From a cyanobacterium endosymbiont of Braarudosphaera bigelowii (GTDB lineage Bacteria > Cyanobacteriota > Cyanobacteriia > Cyanobacteriales > Microcystaceae), in the NCBI RefSeq assembly GCF_020885515.1, contig NZ_AP024987.1, forward strand, positions 150,001-182,000: a stretch of 32,000 nt of DNA. Direction: 5' to 3'. A program made the position numbers and the translations under genes. This document shows, in pieces, positions 1 to 10,467 of this stretch (position 1 is its first letter; each line of letters begins with the position of its first letter). Below the pieces are notes generated by a model. That model was not told the origin of the DNA, ran no database searches, and saw only the letters and a program-made list of their open reading frames with translations.

Positions 1-528
1 TATGTGACTTTTAGTTTCTTATTATTTATATATCTCTGTTGGAAAAATTATAATTTAGAATCGCAGGTGGCTTTATCTACTATGGGTTTAATGACCATAG
101 TGACGCCTCTATTCCCTCAATCATATGAGCTAAGATACTATATGTATTGGATGATAGTTCTAGTGAGTTTAAATTCTTTTTTAACTTGCCAGTTAGTACA
201 AAAATCATCTAAAAAAACTGTTAATCCCAAAAATATTGCTCTAATTTCTACGATCTTTGTAATAGCTTTTATAGTTAAAACTAAATTTTTTTTTACTATT
301 CCTGAATTTGCATCTTTTGACAAACAAATTATAAGAGAGGATATTGTAGATCAAGATATAATGCGCAATATTAATAATGGAGATAATGTTTGTATTGTTA
401 ATAAAGCGCCTCATACCTTTCTATACAGTTCTTATTTTCATTTACCTAATCAATATTCTGTAAAAGCCGAGTTTAATATAGATTTAAACGAAGAAGAGTG
501 TAAAGGTAGAAAGATTTTAAAAAATTAA
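1..528 (+). CDS. C-terminal part of a polytopic membrane protein, truncated by the window edge
   Basis: The ORF is open to the left edge and has hydrophobic segments. Function is not recognisable from this fragment. Confidence 0.6.
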   Translation, partial: YVTFSFLLFIYLCWKNYNLESQVALSTMGLMTIVTPLFPQSYELRYYMYWMIVLVSLNSFLTCQLVQKSSKKTVNPKNIALISTIFVIAFIVKTKFFFTIPEFASFDKQIIREDIVDQDIMRNINNGDNVCIVNKAPHTFLYSSYFHLPNQYSVKAEFNIDLNEEECKGRKILKN

Positions 529-566
529 CACAATAATATCTAAAGTTTGAAATACTAGTTTTTCTG

Positions 567-2126
567 ATGCTAAAAATTCAACAACATTCTAAGATCTACC
601 TTGCTATTATTCTTATTTTTGCTTTTATATTGAGAGTAATATATCTAAATGAAATCCCAAATGGTTTTTTTACAGATGAAGCATCTAATGCTTATGATGC
701 CTATTCGGTCCTTCACACTTTAAAGGATCAATATGGAAAATTTTTGCCATGGTATTTTAAGTCAGCAAATGATTATCGTGAGGGATTATATATATATATT
801 ATGTTTCCTTTTATTAAAATTTTTGGCTTAAATCCACTTGGGGCAAGAATTATTTCATCTATTATTGGCACTCTAACAGTTTTAGTAACCTACTACCTGT
901 CTAAAGAAATTTTTAACCAGAAAGTTGGATTATTATCTTCTCTTTTTTTGGCGATAATCCCTTGGCATATTCATTTTAGTCGTGTAACTTTTCGGGCAAT
1001 TTTGGTTCCATTTTTATTTTGTTTAGGTTTATTATTTTTTATAAAAAGTTTTAAGTATCCTAAATATTTGATAGTATCTAGTTTTACATTTGCTGTAAGT
1101 ATTTATACTTATAACTCTGCAAGGCTTTTTATACCATTATTTTTAATTGGATTGGTGACCGTATATTGGAAACATCTTTGGGTCAATAAAAACCTTACAA
1201 TTATATCTTTTATAATTTTTCTTACAATATTTTTTCCTCAACTTATCCACCAATTATCTCCTGAAGGTATGGCTAGGGCCAATACAGTAGGAATTAAAAC
1301 AGATATAAGTATAGTATTTCGTAATTATTTATCTTACTTCAATCCTAAATTTTTGTTTTTTGAAGGTGATCCAAGTCCGCGTCACACGGTCAATAAGGTG
1401 GCTGGATTATTTGTATTCCAATTACCTTTGTTGATACTAGGTATAGTAAGTTTAACTAGGGAAATTAATCCTTATAAATCAGTTATTTTACTTTGGCTAG
1501 TATTATATCCAATTCCTGCTGCTTTTATCTCAGCAGATAGTGCTGTGAGAACATTAGTCGTCACACCTCTTTTTTCAATTATCTCAGCTTACACAATTTT
1601 TAAAATAATTGATATTTTTAATAAAAAATATCAATATATTGTTACGTGTTTAATGATTTCTATTCTTGTTTCTAATATAGCAATTTTTTGTAAACGATAT
1701 TTTATTGAATATCCAGGATGGCATACTGATGTTTGGCTATCTACCCTAGGAGAAACAATAAGTTATGCTAATCAAACTTCCTATGAATGTATTGTTTATA
1801 GTAATAATGCTTACGGAAATTATGCATATATACTCATCCCATTTTTTACACAAATACTTCCTGATGAATATCATAAATTTAATGTGGATGTTTCGGTAAA
1901 CCGGTTAGATATGGGTAGATGGAATATAAAAGAATTGGAGACTTCTGAAGATTTAAATACTAGCTGTCTTTATCTTCTAAGTGGTGATCCCAATGCTAAT
2001 AATCCGAAAGGACAGGATGGACAAACATTAAAAGCTAAAGGCTATGAAGAAAAATTTATTTATTCAATAAAAGATATTAAGAATCGTGAGTTTTTCCGCC
2101 TAGTAGAGATTAAAAAATCTTTATAA
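567..2126 (+). CDS. Glycosyltransferase family 39 / PMT-like (ArnT-like) integral membrane glycosyltransferase
   Basis: 519 aa with many TM segments. The N-terminal 'GFFTDEASNAYDAYS' acidic motif and 'PFIKIFGLNPLGARIISSIIGTLTVLVTYYLSKEIF' are typical of GT39 proteins. Confidence 0.8.
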   Translation: MLKIQQHSKIYLAIILIFAFILRVIYLNEIPNGFFTDEASNAYDAYSVLHTLKDQYGKFLPWYFKSANDYREGLYIYIMFPFIKIFGLNPLGARIISSIIGTLTVLVTYYLSKEIFNQKVGLLSSLFLAIIPWHIHFSRVTFRAILVPFLFCLGLLFFIKSFKYPKYLIVSSFTFAVSIYTYNSARLFIPLFLIGLVTVYWKHLWVNKNLTIISFIIFLTIFFPQLIHQLSPEGMARANTVGIKTDISIVFRNYLSYFNPKFLFFEGDPSPRHTVNKVAGLFVFQLPLLILGIVSLTREINPYKSVILLWLVLYPIPAAFISADSAVRTLVVTPLFSIISAYTIFKIIDIFNKKYQYIVTCLMISILVSNIAIFCKRYFIEYPGWHTDVWLSTLGETISYANQTSYECIVYSNNAYGNYAYILIPFFTQILPDEYHKFNVDVSVNRLDMGRWNIKELETSEDLNTSCLYLLSGDPNANNPKGQDGQTLKAKGYEEKFIYSIKDIKNREFFRLVEIKKSL

Positions 2127-2309
2127 ACTAAACATCGCAATATAGACAGTGAATTAAATAAGGGAAGAAAATAATTAATATAGATTTACATCTTAAAATC
2201 CTATATTTTGAAAGGATAACAGTATTATTTAATTTTAAAAAAGAGATAACTAAACTAAAGTCTATAGAAATATTATAAAATTATTAAAAAATCAAGATTA
2301 TGGTTAATA

Positions 2310-3254
2310 ATGGCCAGTAACGTTAATTCTACTTTGTTTTCGACAATTCCAATTACACCTAAAAAATTTAAATCAGGATTTATAGGAATCATTGGTCGTC
2401 CTAATGTTGGTAAATCAACTATTATGAATCAGCTAGTAGGGCAAAAAATAGTAATTACCTCCAATGTTTCTCAAACTACTCGCAATCGCCTTAAGGGAAT
2501 TTTGACTACAGATACAGCACAGATGATTTTTGTTGATACTCCTGGGATCCACAAGCCTCACCATAATCTTGGCAAAATCATTGTCAAAAATGCAAAAATT
2601 ACAATTAATTCCGTAGATATTATTCTATTAGTTGTTGACAGTTCAACCTTATCTGGGGGAGGTGACCGTTATATTATTGATTTGTTAAAAAACAACAATA
2701 AACCAGTAATAGTAGGTCTTAATAAGAGTGATAAACAAACTTTTAATTATGAAGATCTTGATAAAAGTTACCTAAATTTGATAAAAACATATGAATGGCC
2801 AGTTGTTAAGTTCTCAGCTCTTACAAAAAAAGGCTTAAAAGACTTGCAGAATTTACTAACTAAAAACTTAGGCTATGGACCTTATTATTATCATCCTGAT
2901 TTAGTTACTGATCAACCGGAAAAATTCATTATTCAAGAGTTAATCAGAGAACAGGTTTTATGTTTAACCAGGCAAGAAATTCCTCATTCTGTGGCTATAG
3001 TCATTGAAAAGATAGAAGAAACATCTACTGTAACTAAAATTTTTGCTGCTATTAATGTAGAGAGAAATTCTCAAAAAGGTATTATCATAGGAAATAAGGG
3101 TAATATGCTCAAGTCGATTGGTGCTCAATCACGAATGCAAATCCAAAAACTTATTGCTGGAGAAGTATATTTAAAATTATTTGTTAAAGTTGAACCTAAC
3201 TGGAGATTCTCCAATACACGTTTAGCAGATTTTGGATATGGGTATGAAGAATAA
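2310..3254 (+). CDS. era: GTPase Era
   Basis: G1 'GRPNVGKST', G3 'DTPG', G4 'NKSD', and a C-terminal KH domain with 'IIIGNKGNMLKSIGAQSRMQIQKL'. Confidence 0.96.
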   Translation: MASNVNSTLFSTIPITPKKFKSGFIGIIGRPNVGKSTIMNQLVGQKIVITSNVSQTTRNRLKGILTTDTAQMIFVDTPGIHKPHHNLGKIIVKNAKITINSVDIILLVVDSSTLSGGGDRYIIDLLKNNNKPVIVGLNKSDKQTFNYEDLDKSYLNLIKTYEWPVVKFSALTKKGLKDLQNLLTKNLGYGPYYYHPDLVTDQPEKFIIQELIREQVLCLTRQEIPHSVAIVIEKIEETSTVTKIFAAINVERNSQKGIIIGNKGNMLKSIGAQSRMQIQKLIAGEVYLKLFVKVEPNWRFSNTRLADFGYGYEE

Positions 3255-3272
3255 TTAAAAAAAATTATAAGT

Positions 3273-3303
3273 AAAGTCGATTATTTAAAATAATCAACTT
3301 TTT
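3273..3303 (+). terminator. Putative Rho-independent terminator after era
   Basis: Imperfect hairpin AAAGTcGATTATttaaaATAATCaACTTT followed by a short T tract. Confidence 0.5.
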
Positions 3304-3396
3304 GATGTTTAAAAGATTATTTGATAGAACTAGTTGTCGTAACAAAAAATAAGTTTGTACTCACTATAAAGACTTACAATTATCAATCTTTTAAGA

Positions 3397-3429
3397 AAAG
3401 TAGAGATGTTGTATCAACATCTCTACTTT
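3397..3429 (-). terminator. Putative terminator of the downstream minus-strand gene
   Basis: Perfect 15-bp arms AAAGTAGAGATGTTG / CAACATCTCTACTTT with a TAT loop, 3' of the 3492-5930 CDS. On the minus strand it is followed by TTCTT. Confidence 0.7.
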
Positions 3430-3491
3430 GAAATCAATTTTATGCTTTCTCGAAAAACCTGTACAAAGTGATTACTATAGCTAACTTTAAC

Positions 3492-5930
3492 TTAAAGATT
3501 AACTGTAGTTTTAAACTGTCCAAAGATTTTGCAGAATTCATCATAACTTAATTCATGATCACCACTAGTATCTGCTATCTTAAGCATTTGCTCAATTTGA
3601 CTATCTGATAGACCTGTATCAACATCTCTTAAGCATAATCTTAATTCTTCGAGACTGATATTTCCTGATCCATCCATATCGAAGAAACGAAAACGTTGCA
3701 ACATTGCTTCTTCTTGTGTGTTGGTTAAACTGCAATGCATAAGACTAGTAAATTCAGAAAAAGTCAGATCTTCACTACCACGACGACCAGTCATCATGTC
3801 CATGACTTCTTGAAGTCTTTCAGAAGAATAAGAACGACCTACTGCTCTTAATAAGGCATGTAATTCAGCCATTGATAGGGTGTTATTCCCATCTTTGTCA
3901 AATTTTTTGAATGCTTGTTGATAGAATACCATTTGTGTTTCATCAATTGGACCAACATTACAGGCTACTCCCTCTTTCCCTTGTGCAATAGCATCTATAT
4001 GCTCAATTGCGCTAAGAGTATATGCCATAGTTTTCCATAAATGATGAGGATTTGAATTAGTTAAAATATCTTGTTCTTCCTCAGGTGTGATGGAATATTC
4101 TTCCCGTATGTCTTCAACCATTTTCAACTCTTTGGCTGACAGTTTCGAAAGAACATCATTAAATGATTCAAATCCCTTTTTACCAATCATGATGTCATAA
4201 AGACTTAAAATAATTGCCTGATGAGGATGATCTTTAGAAGCTTCAACAATAGTGTCGAAAAGTGATTGACGATAACTTTCTTGTCTCAACCAATCTTCAC
4301 GATTTTTATCATCTCGTACTTCATGAATACTAGGATTCTCAACTTCAATTTCTGTTAACACTAAATCATGTTCCTTATCAGAAATATTAAGCTCTAGTCG
4401 AACCTGTTCAAACATTCCAAGGCTTGTTGCAGCATTAACATAACCTTCAGCTAATGTTTCTCTAACGATTCCTTTATAGGCTTGTAATCTCTTTTCTTTA
4501 TCAAATCCAGGAAGTATTTTAGCAAGAACATACACCTCATCAGCATGAAGATCGTCTAGTGATCTTCCTTCTAAGAATTGAGAAACATCAAGTTTTAATC
4601 TTCCTAATTGTTTACGAAGACGACCAGCTAAGCTTTCTCTTTGATATAGGTATGGGTTTCTAGGCCAGGTTCTGTATAGCCATAAAGAACTAACAATTGC
4701 CATTACTACAGGAAAAAGATATTCTAGTGATGCAGGCAATAGTCGAACTGCAGTACGACCACCAAAAACAAAGAAGAAGTTGTAAATTATAAATGTTCCT
4801 AATGCAAACATTCTGTGACGAACAATTTCATTATTGACCAACTTATGATGACGGAATAGATATGCTTTATAACGCTTCTCAATAAAACGTCCTAATAAAT
4901 AAGCTACTAAGCCAAATGCTGCAATAACTAGAGGGGCAGCAACTAATTTAGGGATGGGAATAGGAGTATTGAAAATATATAAACCAGGTCTAAATAAATC
5001 AGCTACCTGATCTTCATGAGTGTAAACACCAGCGAAATAATATTCCCAGTTACCTGCAAAAAGATAAAAATAAACAAAGAAACCGACAGTTAAACCAAAA
5101 TACCCATAATGGAGCCATTGTTGTTCAGGTTTTGTTATATTTTCCCAATATGTACGTTCTGCATCAATATCTATACAAGGAGTTTTACAAGCTACACAAG
5201 AACTAGTTTCTATACCCTCTGAATTAGTAGTACGACACATAGATTGTGTAACTAATTTTCGTTCTCCTTCGCCTTGATGAGCAGTACTATTAAGAAGTCC
5301 TCTAGGTTCTGCAAAAATTTTCTGTACAGGAGACATAGGACAAAAATACTGACACCAAGATTTTCCTCCAAATAAGAATCCTACTGATATTGCAGATAAA
5401 ATAGTTGCTACTAGGAAAAGTCCTAAGAGAAGACGATCTGAATTAACAAATAAAATACGGAGAGTAATTCCTATATAAAATAATACTAATTGCAGATATA
5501 AGTGATTACGACCTAACCAAGAGTTTTTATCAACTCTAGCTACTTCAACACGAGTCTTTCCTGTTATAACATCTACTCTTCTACGATGTCTTTGCCATCC
5601 TAAAGCACGAGGAATTTGAGATAGAAAAGACAAGGGGCAAATTCTTCTCCACAATTCATGACCACCTACCAATAAGGCCACTATACCTGTTGGAACAATC
5701 CAGCCCCAAAACAGGGCAGCTCCCATTGCATAAGGTTCTTCTTCTATGCAGTTTCCTTGAAGTTTTACACATACTGTATAGTCAAGAGCAAAAGGACTCC
5801 ATGTATTTTCTGGCTGTGTAAACCAAGGGGAAACTGGGTCCCAAAATAAGGAAAGAATGAGAACTAGCCAGCCAATAGCTAATACCCATCGCACATAGTG
5901 CATTTGTCGTTCAGGAATTCTCGCAAACAT
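3492..5930 (-). CDS. Membrane 4Fe-4S polyferredoxin-like protein with C-terminal EF-hand repeats
   Basis: Multiple TM segments, Cys motifs 'WCQYFCPMSP' and 'CVACKTPC', and C-terminal EF-hand loops 'DKDGNNTLSMAE', 'DMDGSGNISLEE', 'DTSGDHELSYDE'. Confidence 0.88.
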   Translation of the reverse strand: MFARIPERQMHYVRWVLAIGWLVLILSLFWDPVSPWFTQPENTWSPFALDYTVCVKLQGNCIEEEPYAMGAALFWGWIVPTGIVALLVGGHELWRRICPLSFLSQIPRALGWQRHRRRVDVITGKTRVEVARVDKNSWLGRNHLYLQLVLFYIGITLRILFVNSDRLLLGLFLVATILSAISVGFLFGGKSWCQYFCPMSPVQKIFAEPRGLLNSTAHQGEGERKLVTQSMCRTTNSEGIETSSCVACKTPCIDIDAERTYWENITKPEQQWLHYGYFGLTVGFFVYFYLFAGNWEYYFAGVYTHEDQVADLFRPGLYIFNTPIPIPKLVAAPLVIAAFGLVAYLLGRFIEKRYKAYLFRHHKLVNNEIVRHRMFALGTFIIYNFFFVFGGRTAVRLLPASLEYLFPVVMAIVSSLWLYRTWPRNPYLYQRESLAGRLRKQLGRLKLDVSQFLEGRSLDDLHADEVYVLAKILPGFDKEKRLQAYKGIVRETLAEGYVNAATSLGMFEQVRLELNISDKEHDLVLTEIEVENPSIHEVRDDKNREDWLRQESYRQSLFDTIVEASKDHPHQAIILSLYDIMIGKKGFESFNDVLSKLSAKELKMVEDIREEYSITPEEEQDILTNSNPHHLWKTMAYTLSAIEHIDAIAQGKEGVACNVGPIDETQMVFYQQAFKKFDKDGNNTLSMAELHALLRAVGRSYSSERLQEVMDMMTGRRGSEDLTFSEFTSLMHCSLTNTQEEAMLQRFRFFDMDGSGNISLEELRLCLRDVDTGLSDSQIEQMLKIADTSGDHELSYDEFCKIFGQFKTTVNL

Positions 5931-6180
5931 AAGCTGTGTTTTCCAACTCTATAGAGATAAAAAAGATTTCTCCAGGCTGATTTCACACTGGATAGTAAAT
6001 AGACTACACATTTTTATTATCCCTGATTTTACCCAGTTTTGGTAGAACTTCTTTATCTAGTAGAATAGATTGCTCATATACTAAAATCATATTGAGAAGC
6101 TACTTTAAATAAAAATTCTACAAATAGGTGCGATTAGTATAAGTACAGTCAACATTAATTCATCTAAAGTATAAAATCTA

Positions 6181-6208
6181 TAGGTATCCTTATAAAAAAG
6201 GATACCTA
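6181..6208 (-). terminator. Inverted repeat, possible terminator of the tRNA-Arg transcript
   Basis: Perfect 11-bp arms TAGGTATCCTT / AAGGATACCTA with a 6-nt loop, 3' of the minus-strand tRNA-Arg. Confidence 0.4.
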
Positions 6209-6373
6209 CAGGTGATGTTCAGGAATGTCAAGCACAAATTGTTAGAATTAGGTTAAATGCTAAGTATCTGCAAATTTTCCTTTAAATTATTTGATCTACA
6301 ATTACATATTGAGATAAAAAATTAATCTTTTTAAACAAAAATATTGAAAATTTGCTCAAAAGTAGTTGGAAGA

Positions 6374-6446
6374 CGGGTGTGACAGGACTCGAACCTGTAG
6401 CCGACAGCTTAGAAGGCTGTTGCTCTATCCATTGAGCTACACACCC
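6374..6446 (-). tRNA. tRNA-Arg, anticodon TCT
   Basis: Reverse complement GGGTGTGTAGCTCAATGGATAGAGCAACAGCCTTCTAAGCTGTCGGCTACAGGTTCGAGTCCTGTCACACCCG folds as a full 73-nt cloverleaf with a CTTCTAA anticodon loop. Confidence 0.96.
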
Positions 6447-6485
6447 ATAGAAGACATTGTAACGTTTTTTTAGATAAAGTACATC

Positions 6486-7163
6486 CTAAAATTCAAATTC
6501 ATTTAATCTTTTACGTAACATTTGTGGAAATCTAGCATAATACTGCTTATTAAGTGGTGAAGGATGAGGTAAAGGTAATAAATGAACTTTCCTTTCATAA
6601 TGTTTCCCGTGAAAATCTGTAGCTTTCAAAATTACAGTGAATTTAAGTTCATATCGGTCAGGACGCTTCCAAAACTCTTCAATTTTTCCAGCTTCGCAAT
6701 AAGGAGAAAACCACTTAAAAGCTTCTGTCCCCAAAGTAATAATTTGATTCCCTTGCCAATAAACCACTAACAACTGTTCAATAAATGGCCTAAATCTCTC
6801 TTTGACTTTATGTGAATATGCTTTATTTCCTGGAGGCTTATAAGGAACTGTGTTGGTTAAAAGAGCACGTCGACAAATTGATTGAACATCATCTTTTGTG
6901 ATAATTTCTCGAGAGTATAGTGTTCGATAAAACTCTTTACGAACTAACATACCTGAAGCGCCTATTAAAGGTTGTCCTTGGATAACTTCATCTCTACCCA
7001 AATCCCGGCCAAAAAAACAAATTTGAGTATTGAATTTTCCAGACGAAAGTATAGCTTCTGTAGGAATTTTCCCTGCAGATTTATATACAGAAATATCAAT
7101 GGGAAATTCTTGTCTTTCTGCTTCTTCACAAATTCTTCTTAAAAGAATTTCATAATCATTCAT
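6486..7163 (-). CDS. Uracil-DNA glycosylase family protein
   Basis: 'FFGRDLGRDEVIQGQPLIGASGMLVRK', 'LTNTVPYKPPGN' and 'LLPLPHPSPLN' match the UDG superfamily (family 4/5-like). Confidence 0.85.
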   Translation of the reverse strand: MNDYEILLRRICEEAERQEFPIDISVYKSAGKIPTEAILSSGKFNTQICFFGRDLGRDEVIQGQPLIGASGMLVRKEFYRTLYSREIITKDDVQSICRRALLTNTVPYKPPGNKAYSHKVKERFRPFIEQLLVVYWQGNQIITLGTEAFKWFSPYCEAGKIEEFWKRPDRYELKFTVILKATDFHGKHYERKVHLLPLPHPSPLNKQYYARFPQMLRKRLNEFEF

Positions 7164-7376
7164 TTGATAAAAATCATGAAATGTTTCTATTGTTTACAAC
7201 CTAATTGCGTAATAAAAAATTCATATTCTTTTTTACATACAACAATTAATTTAATTGAAATAGTATTCATTAAGCTTACTACTTATAATTATAAGTTAAC
7301 ATACAATAATAAAAATAATAAATAAAATCATTATTTGATTTATTATTAAGAGTATAAATAAAATGATAATTATTAT

Positions 7377-7571
7377 ATGAATGGTAAAATAAAATTTATC
7401 TCTAAAATTACAATCTTTTCTTTTTTACTGTCTCTTGCTATAAAGCATCTAGCTCCTCTATACCCTGTTGAACCTAGTCAAACCAACATTTTGATAGGTA
7501 TCATAGTACTTCCCTTAATGGTTTTCCTTCTACTAGCATGGAAATATTGTGTTCAAACATACAAATTTTAA
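7377..7571 (+). CDS. Small hypothetical membrane protein
   Basis: 64-aa ORF with two predicted hydrophobic helices, upstream of and co-directional with the next CDS. Confidence 0.5.
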   Translation: MNGKIKFISKITIFSFLLSLAIKHLAPLYPVEPSQTNILIGIIVLPLMVFLLLAWKYCVQTYKF

Positions 7572-7620
7572 ATTACATAATTTTTTATTTCTATCTTAAA
7601 CATCAAAATTGTAATTAATA

Positions 7621-8670
7621 ATGAATTTTGCTTATTGGACTGGTTTTGTTGTTTTATCATTTTCTTTTTATATTATATGGAAAGTTAGACAATTATTGAT
7701 CTTATTATTTACAGCAGTTGTTATTTCTAACTTTCTAAATCACGGAGTTCAAACTTTGCAAAGGTTTGGTATCAAACGTTTTTATTCAGTTCTGTTATTA
7801 ATTACGTTTTCACTAATAATATTATTAAAATTTTTTCTATATATTTTTTATCCATCTTCTGAACAATTTCCGGAACTTTTTCTGTTGGTTTCTCAAGGGA
7901 TTGATAGATTAACTTCTCCTATCCATGAGTTCACGATGCAGCTTGATCCAGACCTGACTAAGACATTTCCAAGTCTTGATAGAATTATCGAGCAACTGCA
8001 TCCATTATTCCAAAGAATCGCTGGACAGGGGCTGTCTGTATTCTATACAACTTTGGGAATTCCTTTAACTTTTTTATTGTTATTAATATTAAGTTTAATG
8101 TTGCTAGTTAATCCAACTGCATATCGACAAGGTTTTATTAGATTGTTTCCATTCTTTTATAGGTCAAGAATAGATTCAGCCCTAAGGAAATGTGATCTTT
8201 TCCTCAAAGGCGAATTACTAGCTTTATTGTTTAGGATGATAATAATTTTTGTCTTGGCTTTTACTGGATTATCAATATTAAAAATTCCTTTGAGTTTCAC
8301 TCAGGCACTTTTAATAATGATATTAAATTTATTTCCTAATATTGGACCAATCTTGAGCTTTATACCTCCAATGGCTATCGCTTCATTAGAAACTCCATTA
8401 AAATCTCTAATCGTTTTAGTGATCTTTATCCTTTTTTATTTAACTATTAGACAAATAGAAAATAGAATTATTACTCCTTTAATAATTAAAAGTAGAATAT
8501 CTTTACCTCCAGGGTTTATACTACTGTCCCAGGTTTTTTTCGCGACTTTTTTTGGAATCTTAGGATTTTTATTGGCTACACCTTTAACAATAATTATTTC
8601 AGTACTAGTAAAAGAAATTATAGTTGGAGATATTTTAGATAAATGGAATTCAAGCTATTTTTTAAAATAG
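7621..8670 (+). CDS. AI-2E family transporter (PerM/YdiK-like)
   Basis: 349 aa, polytopic. The C-terminal pattern 'LNLFPNIGPILSFIPPM...IENRIITPLIIKSRISLPPGFILLSQVFFATFFGILGFLLATPL' is typical of the family. Confidence 0.87.
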   Translation: MNFAYWTGFVVLSFSFYIIWKVRQLLILLFTAVVISNFLNHGVQTLQRFGIKRFYSVLLLITFSLIILLKFFLYIFYPSSEQFPELFLLVSQGIDRLTSPIHEFTMQLDPDLTKTFPSLDRIIEQLHPLFQRIAGQGLSVFYTTLGIPLTFLLLLILSLMLLVNPTAYRQGFIRLFPFFYRSRIDSALRKCDLFLKGELLALLFRMIIIFVLAFTGLSILKIPLSFTQALLIMILNLFPNIGPILSFIPPMAIASLETPLKSLIVLVIFILFYLTIRQIENRIITPLIIKSRISLPPGFILLSQVFFATFFGILGFLLATPLTIIISVLVKEIIVGDILDKWNSSYFLK

Positions 8671-8942
8671 AAATATATATCAAACAAAACTTCCCTGAAC
8701 AAAATTATAGAAGACTCTAAAAATAGAACTTCTCTAAAATATTACTATTAAAGCGAAAAGAGACAAAGATGAATCATTAAAATGAGTATCTATTAACGAT
8801 AAGAATCTTATCTTTACTTCATTTATTTTTTAAGGTGATCATTGATATAGGTATTTGATAATTTAACTAATAAGCCTGTTATTTATTAAATCGCATAAAA
8901 CCTTATATTTTAAGTATCTTCTTACGTCTAATTTCTAACTAT

Positions 8943-9734
8943 CTAAAATGATGTTGTTCCTTTTCCTTGGAACATTATCCATGATAAAAAAAAGTTAACA
9001 ACAAAGACGGCAAGTAAAGATGTGACGACTGCTGTCGTAGTAGATTGCCCTACTCCCTTAGCTCCTCCGCTAGTAGTTAATCCCCAACTACAACCAATAA
9101 CAGCAATTAACCCGCCAAAAGTAATAGCTTTAATAATGGAAGTCATCAAATCCCAAAATTCGAGAAAATTACGAACTGATGTAAGAAAAACATAAACAGA
9201 TATATCATATAAACCATTAGCAATCAGTAGTCCACCTGCCATACCAGTTATTAAGGAAAGAATGTTAAGTATGGGCAACATTAAGCAGCAAGCTAGAACT
9301 CGTGGAACAACTAGGTAATTGATAGGATCTGTTTTTAGCATATATAATGCATCGACTTGTTCCGTAACACGCATAGTTCCTATCTCAGCAGCAAAAGCTG
9401 ATCCAACACGACCAGCAACCACAACAGCGGTTAAAACAGGAGCTAATTCTCTGGTTAATGCTAATGCTAAAACTCCTCCAACTGTTGATACTGCTCCAAA
9501 ACTGATAAACTCTCTGGCTACTTGAATAGTAAAGACCATACCAACAAAAGCGGCAGTTATCATCGAGATTGTAAGTGATTCTGGACCTACAACACTCATT
9601 TGCTCTAATGTATTGCGCTTATGTATTTTAGCTTTTAGGATATGAAAAAAGACTTGTCCCCCTAGAAGAATAGCTGCTATTAACCTTTCAAACCAAATAC
9701 TTAGCCCTTTGCGAGAATGTGTAAGGTTTGTCAT
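8943..9734 (-). CDS. mlaE: MlaE/YrbE-family lipid ABC transporter permease
   Basis: 'FVGMVFTIQVAREF', 'LTRELAPVLTAVVVAGRVGSAFAAEIGTMRVTEQVDALYML', and 'GLTTSGGAKGVGQSTTTAVV' are MlaE signatures. Confidence 0.92.
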   Translation of the reverse strand: MTNLTHSRKGLSIWFERLIAAILLGGQVFFHILKAKIHKRNTLEQMSVVGPESLTISMITAAFVGMVFTIQVAREFISFGAVSTVGGVLALALTRELAPVLTAVVVAGRVGSAFAAEIGTMRVTEQVDALYMLKTDPINYLVVPRVLACCLMLPILNILSLITGMAGGLLIANGLYDISVYVFLTSVRNFLEFWDLMTSIIKAITFGGLIAVIGCSWGLTTSGGAKGVGQSTTTAVVTSLLAVFVVNFFLSWIMFQGKGTTSF

Positions 9735-9903
9735 TATTGTTCATCTCTATTTTCTTGTTTATTTTTATTGTAAATTTGTAATCGTGTTTGATCTAAGTAA
9801 GTATCTAACTACAATTCAGAACATATTACAAAGTCTTGATTATTAAGAATTAGTAATTACTTTTCTAATATACTAGCTTTAATTTATTGTTTTTGATGAC
9901 GGC

Positions 9904-10467
9904 CTAAATATTCCTTTTTAATTCTTCCATTTCATTATCTAGTTCCCAAAGTTGAAAATCAGCTTCTAAAGAATCAGAAGTTTTTTGAAAGTTGTTTTCT
10001 TTAATGTTTTGTTTTTCAGTATTAATAAAATAGTCAGAATTTGCTTCACTAGCTTTGAATTCTATTGTTTTAGCTTGAATTTCTTGTCTTCTTTTCATAA
10101 TTTGATTTAGTAAAGCTTTACCCTGAATAATTTTTTGTTTCGCCTTTTCCATCTCTTCCCATAATTGGTTTCCTTGTTGTATTAACAATATCTCTCTTTC
10201 TTGAGCAGCCTTTGATAAGTCTAAGCGTTTTGCTAGCTTTGCTTTTAATATTCTGCCATGCCATACTTTAACTTCTTCAGCTAAAGATATTATTTTAATT
10301 TCAAGATCTTTTTTTTCTTCATATTTTTCTGTAATTAGTTTAAGTGTTTTTTGTTCTTGTTCTCGTAATTGTTCTAAGAGATACTGTAATTCCAAGTTAG
10401 GGTTACTTTGGAGAAATTCTTCTAGACGGGTTTCTAAAAACTTTCCCAGGTCACTTAATAAATTCAT
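9904..10467 (-). CDS. Conserved cyanobacterial coiled-coil protein (resembles the TIGR04376 family)
   Basis: 187 aa, Glu/Lys/Gln-rich, with the N-terminus 'LGKFLETRLEEFLQSNPNLELQYLLEQLREQEQKTLKLI' recalled as typical of this family. Confidence 0.65.
   Translation of the reverse strand: MNLLSDLGKFLETRLEEFLQSNPNLELQYLLEQLREQEQKTLKLITEKYEEKKDLEIKIISLAEEVKVWHGRILKAKLAKRLDLSKAAQEREILLIQQGNQLWEEMEKAKQKIIQGKALLNQIMKRRQEIQAKTIEFKASEANSDYFINTEKQNIKENNFQKTSDSLEADFQLWELDNEMEELKRNI

Noticed and set aside
138-10000. Short overlapping ORFs at 138-323, 6582-6770 and 9319-9525
   Set aside because: Each is antisense to a better-supported CDS and has no recognisable domain.
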